Notes: generated by a model not told the origin, from the letters alone. Counted from the first letter of the stretch, positions 1-11,253 are shown. The stretch: 64,000 nucleotides of DNA from an uncultured Muribaculaceae bacterium (GCA_910586995.1 CAJUKZ010000011.1:1819-65818); one strand, 5' to 3'. Translations and numbers: made by a program.

Positions 1-3000
1 ATTGATTCTATCGGTGCAACATTCGGCGATGCTGTGTTGTCGTCCGGAGTGGTTGATCTCGGTGGTCAGACAGTGGATGTGCGCAGTCTTGTCGGCACAG
101 GGCTTTCTGCCGCTTATGTGGCTGCTCCGGCATCAGCTGATGATACCACCGGGGTTGCCGAAGAAGCTGTAGGCGGTCAGGCTGAATCCGAATCATCGTC
201 GCGTCCGTGGACCGTGAGAGTACATGATATAGACTTTACCGGTGGTAATGCCTTGTATACTACCCGTGGCTACAGCCCTGAGCCGGGCATTGATTTTGGA
301 TATATAAGCGTCGACAGCTTGAGGCTCAGGGTGACTGATTTCTATAATCAGGCTTCAGACCTGCGGTTGCCGATAAGTAAGCTTTCAGCTAAAGAACGTT
401 GCGGTGTGCAACTCGATGCCGCAGGCACATTGGCTATTGACTCTGCCGGTCTGCACATAGATCATTTTACCATTGACACACCGTCGGGTACGGAACTCGA
501 TGCCGACGGACTTATGGGCATGGGGGATATGGCCAACGATGGTAATCTTCCGCTGCGTCTGAACGCAGCTGGCAATGTAGCCGTGCAGGATCTTGGTCTT
601 ATGTTTCCTGCCATGCTCCCCATAGCTTCCGGATTGCCAGATGATGCGCCCGTAGAACTTGAAGCCGAGGTCTCAGGCACGACATCGCAGCTTGATATAC
701 GCAGGCTTGATATTGATGTGAACAGATGTATGAAGCTACATGCATCCGGCAGCATGTCCTGGCCAATGAATCCCGACCGAATCGGAGGTGATATCGCGTT
801 CAATGGCAAAGTTTACAATGTCACAGGGCTGAAAAACAAGATGCTCGACAGACCTTTGGCCGAGATGCTCGGCATACCTCCTATGTCGGTGGACGGTCGT
901 GTGTCGATGAACTCCGCGACAACCAAAGGTAAGGTGAAAGTCCTTACCGGTGGTGGCTCACTTGCCGCCGATGGCCAATGGACGGCCACATCGGAGGGCT
1001 ACAAGGCGCATGTCGCTCTTGATAAATTTCCGGTGGATGCATTTCTGCCTGCTTATGGGATAGGAGATGTCACAGCTACGCTCACCGCTGACGGGCACGG
1101 ACTGAACCCGCTTTCTCACTACATGAAAGCAACAGCAGGATTCGATATTGAAAGTGCTGTATATGGCGGTCATTGCTACAAAGGAATATCCGGCCATGCG
1201 ATTGTAGGCGATGGAAAAGCCGATGTGGATCTGTCGTCCTCTGATCCGGATGCGGATTTCAGGCTGACGGCTTCGGGTAATCTTGTACCTGAGCCATATA
1301 ACTGGTCGGGTACTCTTGATCTTGTGCGCGCAGACCTGCGCTCGCTTGGTCTGTCGAATTCAGCTATGGCTTTTGCCGGTAAGATGGATTTCTCGGCCAC
1401 TGCCGCCCCGACAGACAGCATTATGGATGTCGCTATCTATATGCCGCGTTTCTCAATGACGGATTCGGCCGGTACGATAAGCTCTGACAGTATCTCACTG
1501 AAGCTGAATTCGAATGCTGCGGCCACCAGGTTGGAAATGGATAACGAAGACCTTAAAGCAACTCTGAAGGCTGACGCTCCCCTGATGGTTCTTGTATCTG
1601 AATTCTCGGCTGCGGCAGATTCGCTGTCGGCATCATTAGGGCGTCATAGTCTTGATGTAGAGGCTATACAGAGAGCTTTACCTTCGTTTACTCTACGATT
1701 CGATGCTGGCAGGCGAAATCTTCTGGCACGTTATCTGGCTCAGTCCGATATAAACTTCAACTCTGTTGAGATGAGAGCTGTGAACGATTCACTGCTATCC
1801 GTCAGCGCTGGCGTCAACAGGCTTACGACCGGATCAACGACGATCGATACGATAACATTCAGGGCACGTCAGGACAGCACGCTGATGCTGTTCAGGGCAG
1901 AAATGAACAATCGCCCCGGCACGTTCGACAATTTTGCCCATGTGCGCGTGCGGGGCTATGTAGCCGACCGCAAGATGCAGATGATGCTCAACCAGAAAAA
2001 TATCAAGGGCGAGACAGGATTCAACTTCGGAGCTACAGCAACCTATGCTGATTCGGCGCTGAGAGTAGTATTCGTGCCCACTGATCCTACGATAAGCTAC
2101 AAACCGTGGACTATAAACGAAGACAATTACATAACTTATGACTTCCCGCATCATCACATCGACGCCAATCTGCATCTGAAGAATGCGCAGAGTAGTGTTG
2201 AACTGTATACCGTACATGATGAGCATCACGACGAAGCGGACCATGTGCATGATGAATTCGCGCAGGAGGATGTGGTGCTGAAGGTGAAGAACCTGCGGTT
2301 GAGCGACTGGCTGTCTTTAAATCCGTTCGCTCCGCCTGTCAAAGGTATAGCCTCGGCCGACATGCGTGTGCGCTGGGATTCCGGCTCGCTCAACGGATCC
2401 GGAACTATCGGAGTCGACTCGTTATATTATGGAAAGGAACGTGTTGGGAATTTCCTCGCCGATGTGGATCTGAGTACAAACACAGCTGGTACGGTGAAGG
2501 CCCGTGCAGGACTGTCGGTAGATGGTGTCCGCACGATAGACATAACAGGTAGCCTGAATGATTCGACCGCCGTATCCCCCTTCAATCTCGACTTCTCGAT
2601 GATACACTTCCCCCTTGCTACGGTCAATCCTTTCCTGCCCTCTGGTACAGCTACACTGCGCGGAATGCTTAACGGCAAGATGGATATCACCGGAGATATG
2701 GCAAATCCGCGTTTCAACGGAGCATTGGATTTTGACTCCACTGCAGTACGTGTCACTATGCTCGGTACGGATTATGTATTCTCTGAAACTCCGATCGACG
2801 TTGTGGATAACCTTGTCACATTCCGCGATTTCACAATCACCGGGACAAATAAGAATCCGCTGACCGTGAACGGCACGGCCAATATCACCGATCTGTCGAA
2901 CGTAGCGCTCGATCTTACGCTGAAAGCCCGCGATATGGGACTTGTCAACAGCAGCCGTTCACCCAAGGGAGCTGATGTATACGGAAAGGCATACATAGAT

Positions 3001-4206
3001 CTTGATGCAGGAGTCAAGGGCAATATGAATTTCATGTCGGTGGATGCCAATCTTGTTCTTCTCGGAGGCACTAATGTCTACTACAACATACCGGATGCCG
3101 CCAATACCATACAGTCAATGAAAAACGACCAGATGGTGCGCTTTGTACAGTTCAGCGATACTGCATCCATAAATCAGACAGGTGACGTACAGGAATCTTC
3201 TATGGCAATGAGTATCGATGCCGTGCTTACTCTCGAGGCCGGTTCGATGATCACGGTGAACTTGTCGTCCAATGGTACGGACAAACTCCAGATAGAACCT
3301 GAAGGCACGCTCAATTATACCCAGCCTCCGCTTTCCGAAGGCAGACTTACCGGACGTCTGAATCTCAACAAGGGACTGGTGCGCTATTCTTTGCCGGTAC
3401 TGGGCGAGAAGAGCTTCGATTTCCAGGAGGGAAGCTATGTGAACTTCACCGGACAGATGATGAATCCGTCACTGAACATCAAGGCTGTGGACAAAGTACG
3501 TGCCAATGTGACACAGGAAGGGCAGAATTCACGACTGATAAATTTCGATGTATCGCTTTCGGCTACAGGCACGTTGAGCAATATGAATGTTGCATTTGAC
3601 CTATCCACAGGTGATGACCTCACTATTGCCAATGAATTGCAGAGTATGACTGCCGAACAGCGTGCCAATCAGGCCATGAACCTGTTGCTTTACGGCACAT
3701 ATACTGGTCCGGGTGTGAAAGCCAATGCAAATCTGTCAGGCAACGCGCTTTATGGATTTCTTGAAAGCAAACTCAATTCTTGGGCGGCACAGAATATCCG
3801 TGGAGTCGATCTTAGCTTTGGTATTGACCAATACGACCGCACTTTCGACGGAAATACTTCCACTGCCACGCAGTACAGCTACAAGGTGTCGAAATCTTTG
3901 TTCAACGACAGGTTCAAGATCATCGTAGGTGGAAATTATTCCACCGATGCAGACAATGATGAGAATTTCTCACAGAACCTGATCAACGACATATCCTTTG
4001 AATATCTGCTCAACCGCCAAGGCACGATGCTCGTCCGTCTGTTCCGGCACACCGGTTACGAGAGCATTCTCGAGGGAGAAGTCACCCAGACAGGTGTGGG
4101 CTTTGTCTACCGTAGGAAGATACGTACACTGCTCGATATGTTCCGTCCGTTCCGCAAAAATTCAGTACCGGCTCAGGTTCAGACTCCGGCCGAAACTTCT
4201 AAATGA
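1..4206 (+). CDS. tamB: Translocation/assembly module TamB-domain protein (5'-truncated by window edge)
   Basis: Frame open from base 1; >1390 aa of beta-rich repeats ending in a DUF490-like C-terminus (YKVSKSLFNDR...EGEVTQTGVGFVYRRK); directly upstream of an Omp85 gene. Confidence 0.9.
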   Translation: MDSIGATFGDAVLSSGVVDLGGQTVDVRSLVGTGLSAAYVAAPASADDTTGVAEEAVGGQAESESSSRPWTVRVHDIDFTGGNALYTTRGYSPEPGIDFGYISVDSLRLRVTDFYNQASDLRLPISKLSAKERCGVQLDAAGTLAIDSAGLHIDHFTIDTPSGTELDADGLMGMGDMANDGNLPLRLNAAGNVAVQDLGLMFPAMLPIASGLPDDAPVELEAEVSGTTSQLDIRRLDIDVNRCMKLHASGSMSWPMNPDRIGGDIAFNGKVYNVTGLKNKMLDRPLAEMLGIPPMSVDGRVSMNSATTKGKVKVLTGGGSLAADGQWTATSEGYKAHVALDKFPVDAFLPAYGIGDVTATLTADGHGLNPLSHYMKATAGFDIESAVYGGHCYKGISGHAIVGDGKADVDLSSSDPDADFRLTASGNLVPEPYNWSGTLDLVRADLRSLGLSNSAMAFAGKMDFSATAAPTDSIMDVAIYMPRFSMTDSAGTISSDSISLKLNSNAAATRLEMDNEDLKATLKADAPLMVLVSEFSAAADSLSASLGRHSLDVEAIQRALPSFTLRFDAGRRNLLARYLAQSDINFNSVEMRAVNDSLLSVSAGVNRLTTGSTTIDTITFRARQDSTLMLFRAEMNNRPGTFDNFAHVRVRGYVADRKMQMMLNQKNIKGETGFNFGATATYADSALRVVFVPTDPTISYKPWTINEDNYITYDFPHHHIDANLHLKNAQSSVELYTVHDEHHDEADHVHDEFAQEDVVLKVKNLRLSDWLSLNPFAPPVKGIASADMRVRWDSGSLNGSGTIGVDSLYYGKERVGNFLADVDLSTNTAGTVKARAGLSVDGVRTIDITGSLNDSTAVSPFNLDFSMIHFPLATVNPFLPSGTATLRGMLNGKMDITGDMANPRFNGALDFDSTAVRVTMLGTDYVFSETPIDVVDNLVTFRDFTITGTNKNPLTVNGTANITDLSNVALDLTLKARDMGLVNSSRSPKGADVYGKAYIDLDAGVKGNMNFMSVDANLVLLGGTNVYYNIPDAANTIQSMKNDQMVRFVQFSDTASINQTGDVQESSMAMSIDAVLTLEAGSMITVNLSSNGTDKLQIEPEGTLNYTQPPLSEGRLTGRLNLNKGLVRYSLPVLGEKSFDFQEGSYVNFTGQMMNPSLNIKAVDKVRANVTQEGQNSRLINFDVSLSATGTLSNMNVAFDLSTGDDLTIANELQSMTAEQRANQAMNLLLYGTYTGPGVKANANLSGNALYGFLESKLNSWAAQNIRGVDLSFGIDQYDRTFDGNTSTATQYSYKVSKSLFNDRFKIIVGGNYSTDADNDENFSQNLINDISFEYLLNRQGTMLVRLFRHTGYESILEGEVTQTGVGFVYRRKIRTLLDMFRPFRKNSVPAQVQTPAETSK

Positions 4207-4219
4207 TCAAGGATACGTT

Positions 4220-6526
4220 ATGAAATGCAAAGTCAACATAGATAAGCCATTATTGATAGTCTCGGTGTTGCTCGCCCTTGTAGCTGGCAGTTGCTCCACG
4301 ACCCGCCGGATCCCTGCCGACGATATGTTGTATACCGGTCTGAAAAAAGTTACAATAGACGGAGTTGATGGAGAGAAAGTCCCCTCCGATGTGGTGTCGC
4401 AGGTTAAGGATGCCGTGGAGGTTGAGCCAAATAATGCAATATGGCATTCTGCCTACTACCGGTGGCCGTTCCCTCTGGGTCTGTGGGTCTACAACAACTG
4501 GAGCAATCCTAAGAAAGGTCTGAAGCATTGGCTGTATGAGAAGCTTGTGTCCGAACCGGTGCTGATGTCCGATGTCAAGCCGGAAGTCAGGACCAAGATG
4601 GTGGATCAGATACTTGAGAATAACGGTTTCTTCAGGGGGCATACATCCTACGAACTGGTCCAGGGCAAGAACAAGAAGAAAGCCCGTCTGAGCTACACGG
4701 TGAATACAGGCCCTGCATATATGGTGGATTCTATAGAGCTATTGCCAGATTCGACACATCTGCTGCATTCGATAGATTCCGTGGCAAGGCGTCTCACAAC
4801 CCTGCGCAAAGGAGAGCGTTACTGTGTGGATTCACTTTCGGCTGCGCGTACTGCCATTGCCAATGCCATGCGCAACCGCGGTTATTATTTCTTCCGGCCT
4901 GAGTATATAGAATATCTTGCCGATTCGACAATCAATCCCGGTAGTATTGCCTTGCGTATGGTAATGCCTTCGTCTGTTCCTGCATTTGCGCTGAAACGCT
5001 ACCGCATTGGAAATGTAACCACTTATATATACCGGAATGAGGGTGGTGGAACACCGGATACGACGTCGACACGCGTAGGCGATCTGATTGTAATGGAGCC
5101 TGCACGTCTGCGTAAGAAAATTATTCCTGAGAATGTGACCCTGCGTCCCGGCAAATACCTGTCGGTGCGCGACATGGACCGCACACAGACCTATCTGTCG
5201 CGACTTGGAATTTTCAATGCCATAAATATCGAGGTCATTCCGGATACGGTGAACAAGGAGTCCGATCTGCTGAACGTAGCCATAGCTTGCACATTTGATA
5301 CTCCTCTCGAAGCCTCGGTCGAGGTGAATGTGTCGTCCAAAAGTAATTCTTATCTCGGACCGGGTGCTATATTCAATGTGACAAACCGTAATATCTTCGG
5401 CGGAGGCGAGCAACTCAATGTGCAGCTTACCGGTGCATACGAATGGCAGACAGGACACAACCGTTCGTCGTTGTTCAATTCTTACGAGGTGGGTCTGAAT
5501 GCATCGCTTGCTTTTCCGAGACTGCTTGCACCAAAATTCATACCGAGGTTGAGGCGTGCGGTCCACTGGACGCGTGTCAGCGTTGGCGCGGATCTGCTCA
5601 ATCGTCCGCATTATTTCAAGATGGCCCAGTTCAATGCGGCGTTCAGCTACGACTGGCGCTCTAACCGCTATATCCAGAACAATCTCACATTGTTCAAACT
5701 CACGTATACCGACCTGATGCACACTACCCACGCATTCGACTCCATCATGGATGCCAATCAGGCTATAGCGCAGAGTTTCAGGAGCCAGTTCATACCACAG
5801 CTTTCATATTCAATCATCTATGACCGTGCTATGGACCGCGACAATACTATCAATGTGCAGGGTACTGTCACAGAGGCTGGAAATATCTTCTACGGAATAT
5901 GGGAAGCATTCGGAAAACGCGGCGAAAAGAAGTTGTTCGGTGTGCCGTTCTCACAATTTGTCAAGGCTACAGGTCAGATCGTATATGGCCATCGCATAGG
6001 GCGAGGGGATTCATGGCTTATGTCAAGGATTTTCGTGGGTGCGGCGCATGCCTATGGTAATTCGGCGCAAGTGCCTTACTCGGAGCAATTCTATTGCGGT
6101 GGAGCCAACTCGGTCAGGGCTTTCACTGTCAGGAGTATCGGACCGGGCAGTTACCATGTCCCCGGCACTACGAGCAACGATTATTTCGACCAGACCGGTA
6201 CGTTCAAGTTTGAGGCCAACCTTGAATATCGTTTCCCGATCATCGGTCCTGTGCATGGGGCTGTTTTTCTCGATGCCGGCAATGTATGGCTTCTTGAAAA
6301 TGATCCCGCACGTCCCGGAGGCATGCTCAAGGCTTCGACATTCTTCAAGGATCTGGCGTTGGGAACAGGTGTCGGCATAAGATTCGACATAGGTATGCTT
6401 GTGCTGCGCGGCGACCTCGGTATTGGAATACATGCGCCGTATGATACCGGACGCAGCGGGTATTACAATATGACATCGTTCGGCAATTCACTGGCATTCC
6501 ACCTGGCTATAGGCTATCCGTTCTAA
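4220..6526 (+). CDS. tamL: Omp85/TamA-family outer-membrane lipoprotein (TamL-like)
   Basis: ATG at 4220 gives a lipoprotein signal (LLALVAGS-C); POTRA-like region; GGANSVRAF loop motif; terminal FHLAIGYPF beta-signal; follows tamB. Confidence 0.85.
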   Translation: MKCKVNIDKPLLIVSVLLALVAGSCSTTRRIPADDMLYTGLKKVTIDGVDGEKVPSDVVSQVKDAVEVEPNNAIWHSAYYRWPFPLGLWVYNNWSNPKKGLKHWLYEKLVSEPVLMSDVKPEVRTKMVDQILENNGFFRGHTSYELVQGKNKKKARLSYTVNTGPAYMVDSIELLPDSTHLLHSIDSVARRLTTLRKGERYCVDSLSAARTAIANAMRNRGYYFFRPEYIEYLADSTINPGSIALRMVMPSSVPAFALKRYRIGNVTTYIYRNEGGGTPDTTSTRVGDLIVMEPARLRKKIIPENVTLRPGKYLSVRDMDRTQTYLSRLGIFNAINIEVIPDTVNKESDLLNVAIACTFDTPLEASVEVNVSSKSNSYLGPGAIFNVTNRNIFGGGEQLNVQLTGAYEWQTGHNRSSLFNSYEVGLNASLAFPRLLAPKFIPRLRRAVHWTRVSVGADLLNRPHYFKMAQFNAAFSYDWRSNRYIQNNLTLFKLTYTDLMHTTHAFDSIMDANQAIAQSFRSQFIPQLSYSIIYDRAMDRDNTINVQGTVTEAGNIFYGIWEAFGKRGEKKLFGVPFSQFVKATGQIVYGHRIGRGDSWLMSRIFVGAAHAYGNSAQVPYSEQFYCGGANSVRAFTVRSIGPGSYHVPGTTSNDYFDQTGTFKFEANLEYRFPIIGPVHGAVFLDAGNVWLLENDPARPGGMLKASTFFKDLALGTGVGIRFDIGMLVLRGDLGIGIHAPYDTGRSGYYNMTSFGNSLAFHLAIGYPF

Positions 6527-6993
6527 TCATGGTGATATGGCTCTCCGCGCAATATGGTCATTGCGCGGTAGATCTGTTCGGTTATGAACAGTCGGATCAG
6601 CTCATGAGGGAAAGTCATCTTCGACAGCGACAGCATTTCATCGGCACGGTCGTATACGGCCTTTGAAAATCCGTATGGCCCGCCAATGACGAGTACCAGA
6701 TTGGCTGGAAGAATGCTCATTTTGCGGTCAAGATAACCGGCAAACTGGCGTGATGTGAGTTCGCGTCCACGTTCGTCGAGCAGGACGAGCGAGTCACCCG
6801 GACGCAATGATGCCAGCAACATCTGTCCTTCGGCTTCTTTCTGCCGTTCGGCTGAAGGAGCTTTCATCTTCACATCGGGCAGAGTCTTTATCTCGAAAGG
6901 TACATACCGCGGTATTCTCGACGCATACTTCTCTATGCCTTCCCTCAGATAGGCTTCCGAAGTCTTTCCTATGACAGTGAGTATAATTTTCAT
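6523..6993 (-). CDS. rlmH: 23S rRNA pseudouridine-1915 N3-methyltransferase
   Basis: MKIILTVIGK start; LDERG, IGGPYG, SLSKMTFPHELIRL, EQIYRA...GEPYHH motifs. Confidence 0.95.
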   Translation of the reverse strand: MKIILTVIGKTSEAYLREGIEKYASRIPRYVPFEIKTLPDVKMKAPSAERQKEAEGQMLLASLRPGDSLVLLDERGRELTSRQFAGYLDRKMSILPANLVLVIGGPYGFSKAVYDRADEMLSLSKMTFPHELIRLFITEQIYRAMTILRGEPYHHD

Positions 6994-6998
6994 AACTG

Positions 6999-7006
6999 CA
7001 AAAGTA
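6999..7006 (-). promoter_or_regulatory. Bacteroidetes sigma-A -7 element for rlmH (TACTTTTG)
   Basis: Matches TAnnTTTG; only 5 nt from the rlmH ATG. Confidence 0.6.
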
Positions 7007-7103
7007 ACCAAAATCTACTGTTGCCGCAATCGTTGGGAAAATTTTGCGGTATTGTCGGCGGAAATGATTATTTTTGCGGATTGAAGATACAAACGACTAC
7101 ACA

Positions 7104-7952
7104 ATGAAATCGACAGACGAACTTATCGACGACCTGCTCACACTGGCATTTGCAGAAGATGTGGGCGATGGAGACCATACCACACTCAGTACAATTCCCG
7201 CCGACGCAATGGGAAAGCAGCACCTGCTGGTCAAGCAGCCCGGAATTCTGGCCGGCGTGGAGATAGCCCGCATGGTGTTCAAGAAGTTCGATCCCTCGCT
7301 CAAGATGACAGTGTTTATCGGCGATGGATCGCGTGTCAAGCCCGGCGACATTGCTTTCGAGGTAGAAGGACCGGTGCGTTCTCTGCTACAGACAGAGCGT
7401 GTAATGCTTAATATAATGCAGCGCATGAGCGGTGTAGCGACAATGACCGATGTATATCAGAGCCGTCTCGAAGGACTTAAAGCCAAGGTTCTTGATACCC
7501 GCAAGACCACTCCCGGAATGCGTATGCTCGAGAAGATGGCAGTCAAGATCGGCGGAGGTATGAATCATCGTATCGGTCTGTTCGACATGATACTGATAAA
7601 AGACAATCATGTAGACTTTGCAGGAGGCATACCTCAGGCTATCAGAGCCGCCAAGGCATATTGCAGCGAGAAAGGCAAGGATCTGAAGATAGAGGTGGAG
7701 GTGCGCAATACCGACGAGATCCGTCAGGCTCTCGCCGAGGGCGTCGACCGCATAATGCTTGACAATTTCACTCCTGAGGCTACGGCCGAGGCTGTGAAGC
7801 TGATAAACGGTGCTACGGAAGTGGAATCGTCGGGAGGTATCACTCTCGATACCATCAGGGCCTACGGTGAAGCAGGTGTGGATTTTATTTCTGTCGGAGC
7901 ACTCACCCATTCGGTCAAGGGACTTGACATGAGTTTCAAAGCCTGCAAGTGA
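7104..7952 (+). CDS. nadC: Nicotinate-nucleotide pyrophosphorylase (quinolinate phosphoribosyltransferase)
   Basis: EDVGDGDHT, DTRKTTPG, HRIGLFD, IKDNH, IMLDN, SSGGIT motifs; TATTTTTG -7 element at 7069-7076. Confidence 0.95.
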   Translation: MKSTDELIDDLLTLAFAEDVGDGDHTTLSTIPADAMGKQHLLVKQPGILAGVEIARMVFKKFDPSLKMTVFIGDGSRVKPGDIAFEVEGPVRSLLQTERVMLNIMQRMSGVATMTDVYQSRLEGLKAKVLDTRKTTPGMRMLEKMAVKIGGGMNHRIGLFDMILIKDNHVDFAGGIPQAIRAAKAYCSEKGKDLKIEVEVRNTDEIRQALAEGVDRIMLDNFTPEATAEAVKLINGATEVESSGGITLDTIRAYGEAGVDFISVGALTHSVKGLDMSFKACK

Positions 7953-7959
7953 TACCGCG

Positions 7960-8724
7960 ATGGCAGAAAAGTTTACCATCGACGGTGATGATGACTATCC
8001 CGCAATAGTAGATAGCGGGGTAGACATTGATTCCGTACAGTCATCAGAGCCACAACTTTGTCTTGACCCGTTGGTGTGCTACCGTGGGGTGGAGATAATG
8101 CGTCAGGAGCATGTGGTCCTCAAGGATGTCAATCTCTCGGTATGTCCGGGTGAATTGGTTTATCTGATCGGGCGTGTAGGTTCGGGTAAATCGTCGCTTA
8201 TAAAGACCATGTATGCAGATGTGCCTGTGCTTGAAGGCGAGGCTACCGTTATGGGCTACGACCTGCGTCACCTGCGACGCCGCGATGTTCCGATGCTGCG
8301 ACGCAGTATCGGGATTGTGTTCCAGGATTTTCAACTTCTGACCGACCGCACTGTATATGCCAACCTGCGCTTTGTGCTGGAAGCTACCGGATGGCGCAAC
8401 CGGTCGGATATCGACGAGCGTATTGAGGAAGTGCTGTCGCGTCTGGGCATGGCTACCAAAAGCTATAAGATGCCTCACGAACTGTCAGGAGGCGAGCAGC
8501 AGCGCATAGCAATAGCCCGCGCCTTGCTGAACTCACCCCGTCTTATACTTGCCGACGAGCCGACAGGCAACCTTGATCCCGATACCGGCGACCGTATCGC
8601 CACGTATCTCAGCGAGATCGCAGCATCTGGTGTGGCTGTAGTCATGGCTACGCATAATCTTAGTCTTATCGACAGATTCCCCGGGAGGGTGGTGCGCTGC
8701 GAGGATAAGAGACTTGTGTTATAA
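7960..8724 (+). CDS. ftsE: FtsE-like ABC ATP-binding protein
   Basis: Walker [37 protein letters not shown]. Confidence 0.8.
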   Translation: MAEKFTIDGDDDYPAIVDSGVDIDSVQSSEPQLCLDPLVCYRGVEIMRQEHVVLKDVNLSVCPGELVYLIGRVGSGKSSLIKTMYADVPVLEGEATVMGYDLRHLRRRDVPMLRRSIGIVFQDFQLLTDRTVYANLRFVLEATGWRNRSDIDERIEEVLSRLGMATKSYKMPHELSGGEQQRIAIARALLNSPRLILADEPTGNLDPDTGDRIATYLSEIAASGVAVVMATHNLSLIDRFPGRVVRCEDKRLVL

Positions 8725-8769
8725 TCCGCAGATTTTTCATTTCAAAAAATATACAATTATCTACTGCCT

Positions 8770-10086
8770 ATGCAGGTACTAAAATTCGGAGGGACATCAG
8801 TAGGGACTGCCGAGCGTATAAAGAATGTGGCCAGACTGATAGTTGAGCGTGGACGCAATATCGTGGTGCTGTCTGCCATGTCGGGTACGACAAATTCGCT
8901 TGTCGAGATTGCCGACTACCTTTACAAAGGTAATTCGCGCGGTGCAATGGAGACAATTTTCGCGCTTGAATCGAAATATGCCGATACTGTGCGCCAGCTT
9001 CTTGGCGACGATGATTATGCCGCCGAGGCCCGCACGGTGCTCAGGGGTATATTCAATTTCCTGCGCACATTCACTCCCGAAGGGTTCGATACAGTCAGAG
9101 AGAAAGAGATTCTGGCACAAGGGGAGCTTATGTCCACCACTCTGATGAGCTTATATCTGCGCCAGAGCGGCTACATTTGCGATGTACTTCCCGCTCTCGA
9201 CTATATGAGCACCGATGCCGACGGCGAGCCGCGCATGGAGTCTATAGAACGCAAGCTCAAGGCGATGGTACAGCGACATCCTGAAGCCGATGTACTGCTT
9301 ACACAGGGATACATATGCCGCAATCATCTGGGTGATGTAGACAACCTGCGCCGTGGAGGAAGCGACTACACGGCTTCGATTATCGGAGCCGTGCTCGAAG
9401 TCGAGGAGGTGCAGATATGGACCGACATCGACGGTATGCACAACAATGACCCGAGGTATGTGGACAATACCTCTCCGGTGCATGAACTGCATTTCGACGA
9501 AGCAGCCGAGCTTGCATACTTCGGGGCTAAGATATTGCATCCTACCTGTGTGCTTCCGGCCAAATTGCACAATATACCGGTACGTCTGCTCAATACACTC
9601 GAGCCTACAGCCGAGGGGACGATGATACATTCGGCAGCGCCTGCCGATGGCAAGATAAAGGCCATAGCTGCCAAAGATGGCATAATCGCAGTGAAGGTGC
9701 GCAGCGGGCGTATGCTCATGGCATACGGTTTTCTGCATCAGGTGTTCGAGACATTCGAGCGCTACCGCACGCCGGTCGATATGGTGGCCACAAGTGAGGT
9801 ATGTGTGTCACTGACCATAGACAACGATCAGTATCTGCGTCCGATTGTTGACGATCTGAAGAAATTCGGCACGGTGTCTGTTGACCGCGATATGGTTATA
9901 ATCTGTGCGGTAGGAGACCTCGACTGGCATAATTGCGGATTTCAGGCTGATGTCCTGAACGCTTTGCGTGATGTGCCTGTGCGCATGATCTCTTTCGGCG
10001 GTAGCAACTACAATATTTCGGTTCTCGTGCATGCGGCAGACAAGAAGCGTGCGCTTAACGCTCTCTCGGCTGCACTGTTCCAGTAA
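8770..10086 (+). CDS. lysC: Aspartate kinase
   Basis: VLKFGGTSVG, RGGSDY, WTDIDG, ELAYFGAKILHP; C-terminal ACT-like domains. Confidence 0.95.
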   Translation: MQVLKFGGTSVGTAERIKNVARLIVERGRNIVVLSAMSGTTNSLVEIADYLYKGNSRGAMETIFALESKYADTVRQLLGDDDYAAEARTVLRGIFNFLRTFTPEGFDTVREKEILAQGELMSTTLMSLYLRQSGYICDVLPALDYMSTDADGEPRMESIERKLKAMVQRHPEADVLLTQGYICRNHLGDVDNLRRGGSDYTASIIGAVLEVEEVQIWTDIDGMHNNDPRYVDNTSPVHELHFDEAAELAYFGAKILHPTCVLPAKLHNIPVRLLNTLEPTAEGTMIHSAAPADGKIKAIAAKDGIIAVKVRSGRMLMAYGFLHQVFETFERYRTPVDMVATSEVCVSLTIDNDQYLRPIVDDLKKFGTVSVDRDMVIICAVGDLDWHNCGFQADVLNALRDVPVRMISFGGSNYNISVLVHAADKKRALNALSAALFQ

Positions 10087-10089
10087 GAC

Positions 10090-11253
10090 ATGATACCTGC
10101 ATCGCCATTACAACTACCGGAGTCACATCCCACACCGTATTATTGCTACGATATGGGGCTGTTGGGCCGCACACTTGACGTGCTATCTGGAATTGCGGCT
10201 GATTTCCCGGCTTTCAGGATTCACTATGCTTTGAAAGCAAATGTGAATCCTGTGCTGTTGCGTGCGATAGCCGACAGCGGGTTAGGGGCTGATATCGTGA
10301 GCGGCGGTGAGTTGCAGGCTGCGCTTGATGCAGGATTTGCTCCCGGGAGGATCTTTTTTGCCGGAGTAGGGAAGACCGACAGCGAGATAGCCGCCGCACT
10401 TGAAGCCGGTATAGGCTGTCTGAATGTGGAGTCGCAGGCCGAGATGGAGGTTATAAGCTCCATTGCGTCTGCCTTGAGAAAGACAGCCGATATTGCAATC
10501 AGGGTAAATCCCGACATTGATGCCCATACGCATCATTATATAACTACAGGTTTGCAGGACAATAAGTTCGGAATAAATCTGGATTGTCTTGATGCCTGCA
10601 TCGATCTGGCTCGTTCGCTGCCCGGCATACGGCTGCGCGGACTGCACTTCCACATAGGTTCGCAGATCACTATTCTTGATCCTTTCAGACTCCTGTGCGA
10701 CAGGGTAAACAGCATTCTCGCACAACAGAGGACCAGAGGTGTGGAATTTTCGTTCGTTAACCTCGGCGGTGGTCTTGGCGTTGATTACGACAATCCTGAG
10801 GCAAATCCAGTACCGGACTTCCTGGCAGTGGTGGAGCTTATGTCGCGAACCTTGGAAATTCCGGATGGAATGGAGGTTCATCTTGAGCTTGGCCGCTCGG
10901 TAGTTGCCCAATGCGGTTCGCTTATCTCCCGTGTGCTCTATATTAAAGAAGGCCACAGCCGGCGATTCGCCATAGTTGATGCCGGTATGACAGAACTCAT
11001 ACGTCCGGCTCTCTATGGAGCGATGCATTATATCGATAATATCAGTGCCGCAGCACGCGGTGAATCCGTGCATATGCCTTATGATGTGGTCGGACCGGTG
11101 TGCGAGACGTCCGACTCATTCGGTGAGGCGGTGGTGCTTCCGCTAAGCCGGCGAGGCGACATCATTGCCATCCGCAGCGCAGGAGCATATGGCGAATCCA
11201 TGTCTTCACACTATAATTGCAGATCGTTGAATCCACCGATATATCTGACATGA
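10090..11253 (+). CDS. lysA: Diaminopimelate decarboxylase
   Basis: HYALKAN PLP lysine; HFHIGSQ; NLGGG; ELGR; GPVCETSD; GAYG. Confidence 0.95.
   Translation: MIPASPLQLPESHPTPYYCYDMGLLGRTLDVLSGIAADFPAFRIHYALKANVNPVLLRAIADSGLGADIVSGGELQAALDAGFAPGRIFFAGVGKTDSEIAAALEAGIGCLNVESQAEMEVISSIASALRKTADIAIRVNPDIDAHTHHYITTGLQDNKFGINLDCLDACIDLARSLPGIRLRGLHFHIGSQITILDPFRLLCDRVNSILAQQRTRGVEFSFVNLGGGLGVDYDNPEANPVPDFLAVVELMSRTLEIPDGMEVHLELGRSVVAQCGSLISRVLYIKEGHSRRFAIVDAGMTELIRPALYGAMHYIDNISAAARGESVHMPYDVVGPVCETSDSFGEAVVLPLSRRGDIIAIRSAGAYGESMSSHYNCRSLNPPIYLT

Noticed and set aside
3998..4219. 74-codon N-terminal extension of TamL overlapping tamB
   Set aside because: ATG 4220 gives a proper lipoprotein signal; the extension is an ORF-caller artefact.
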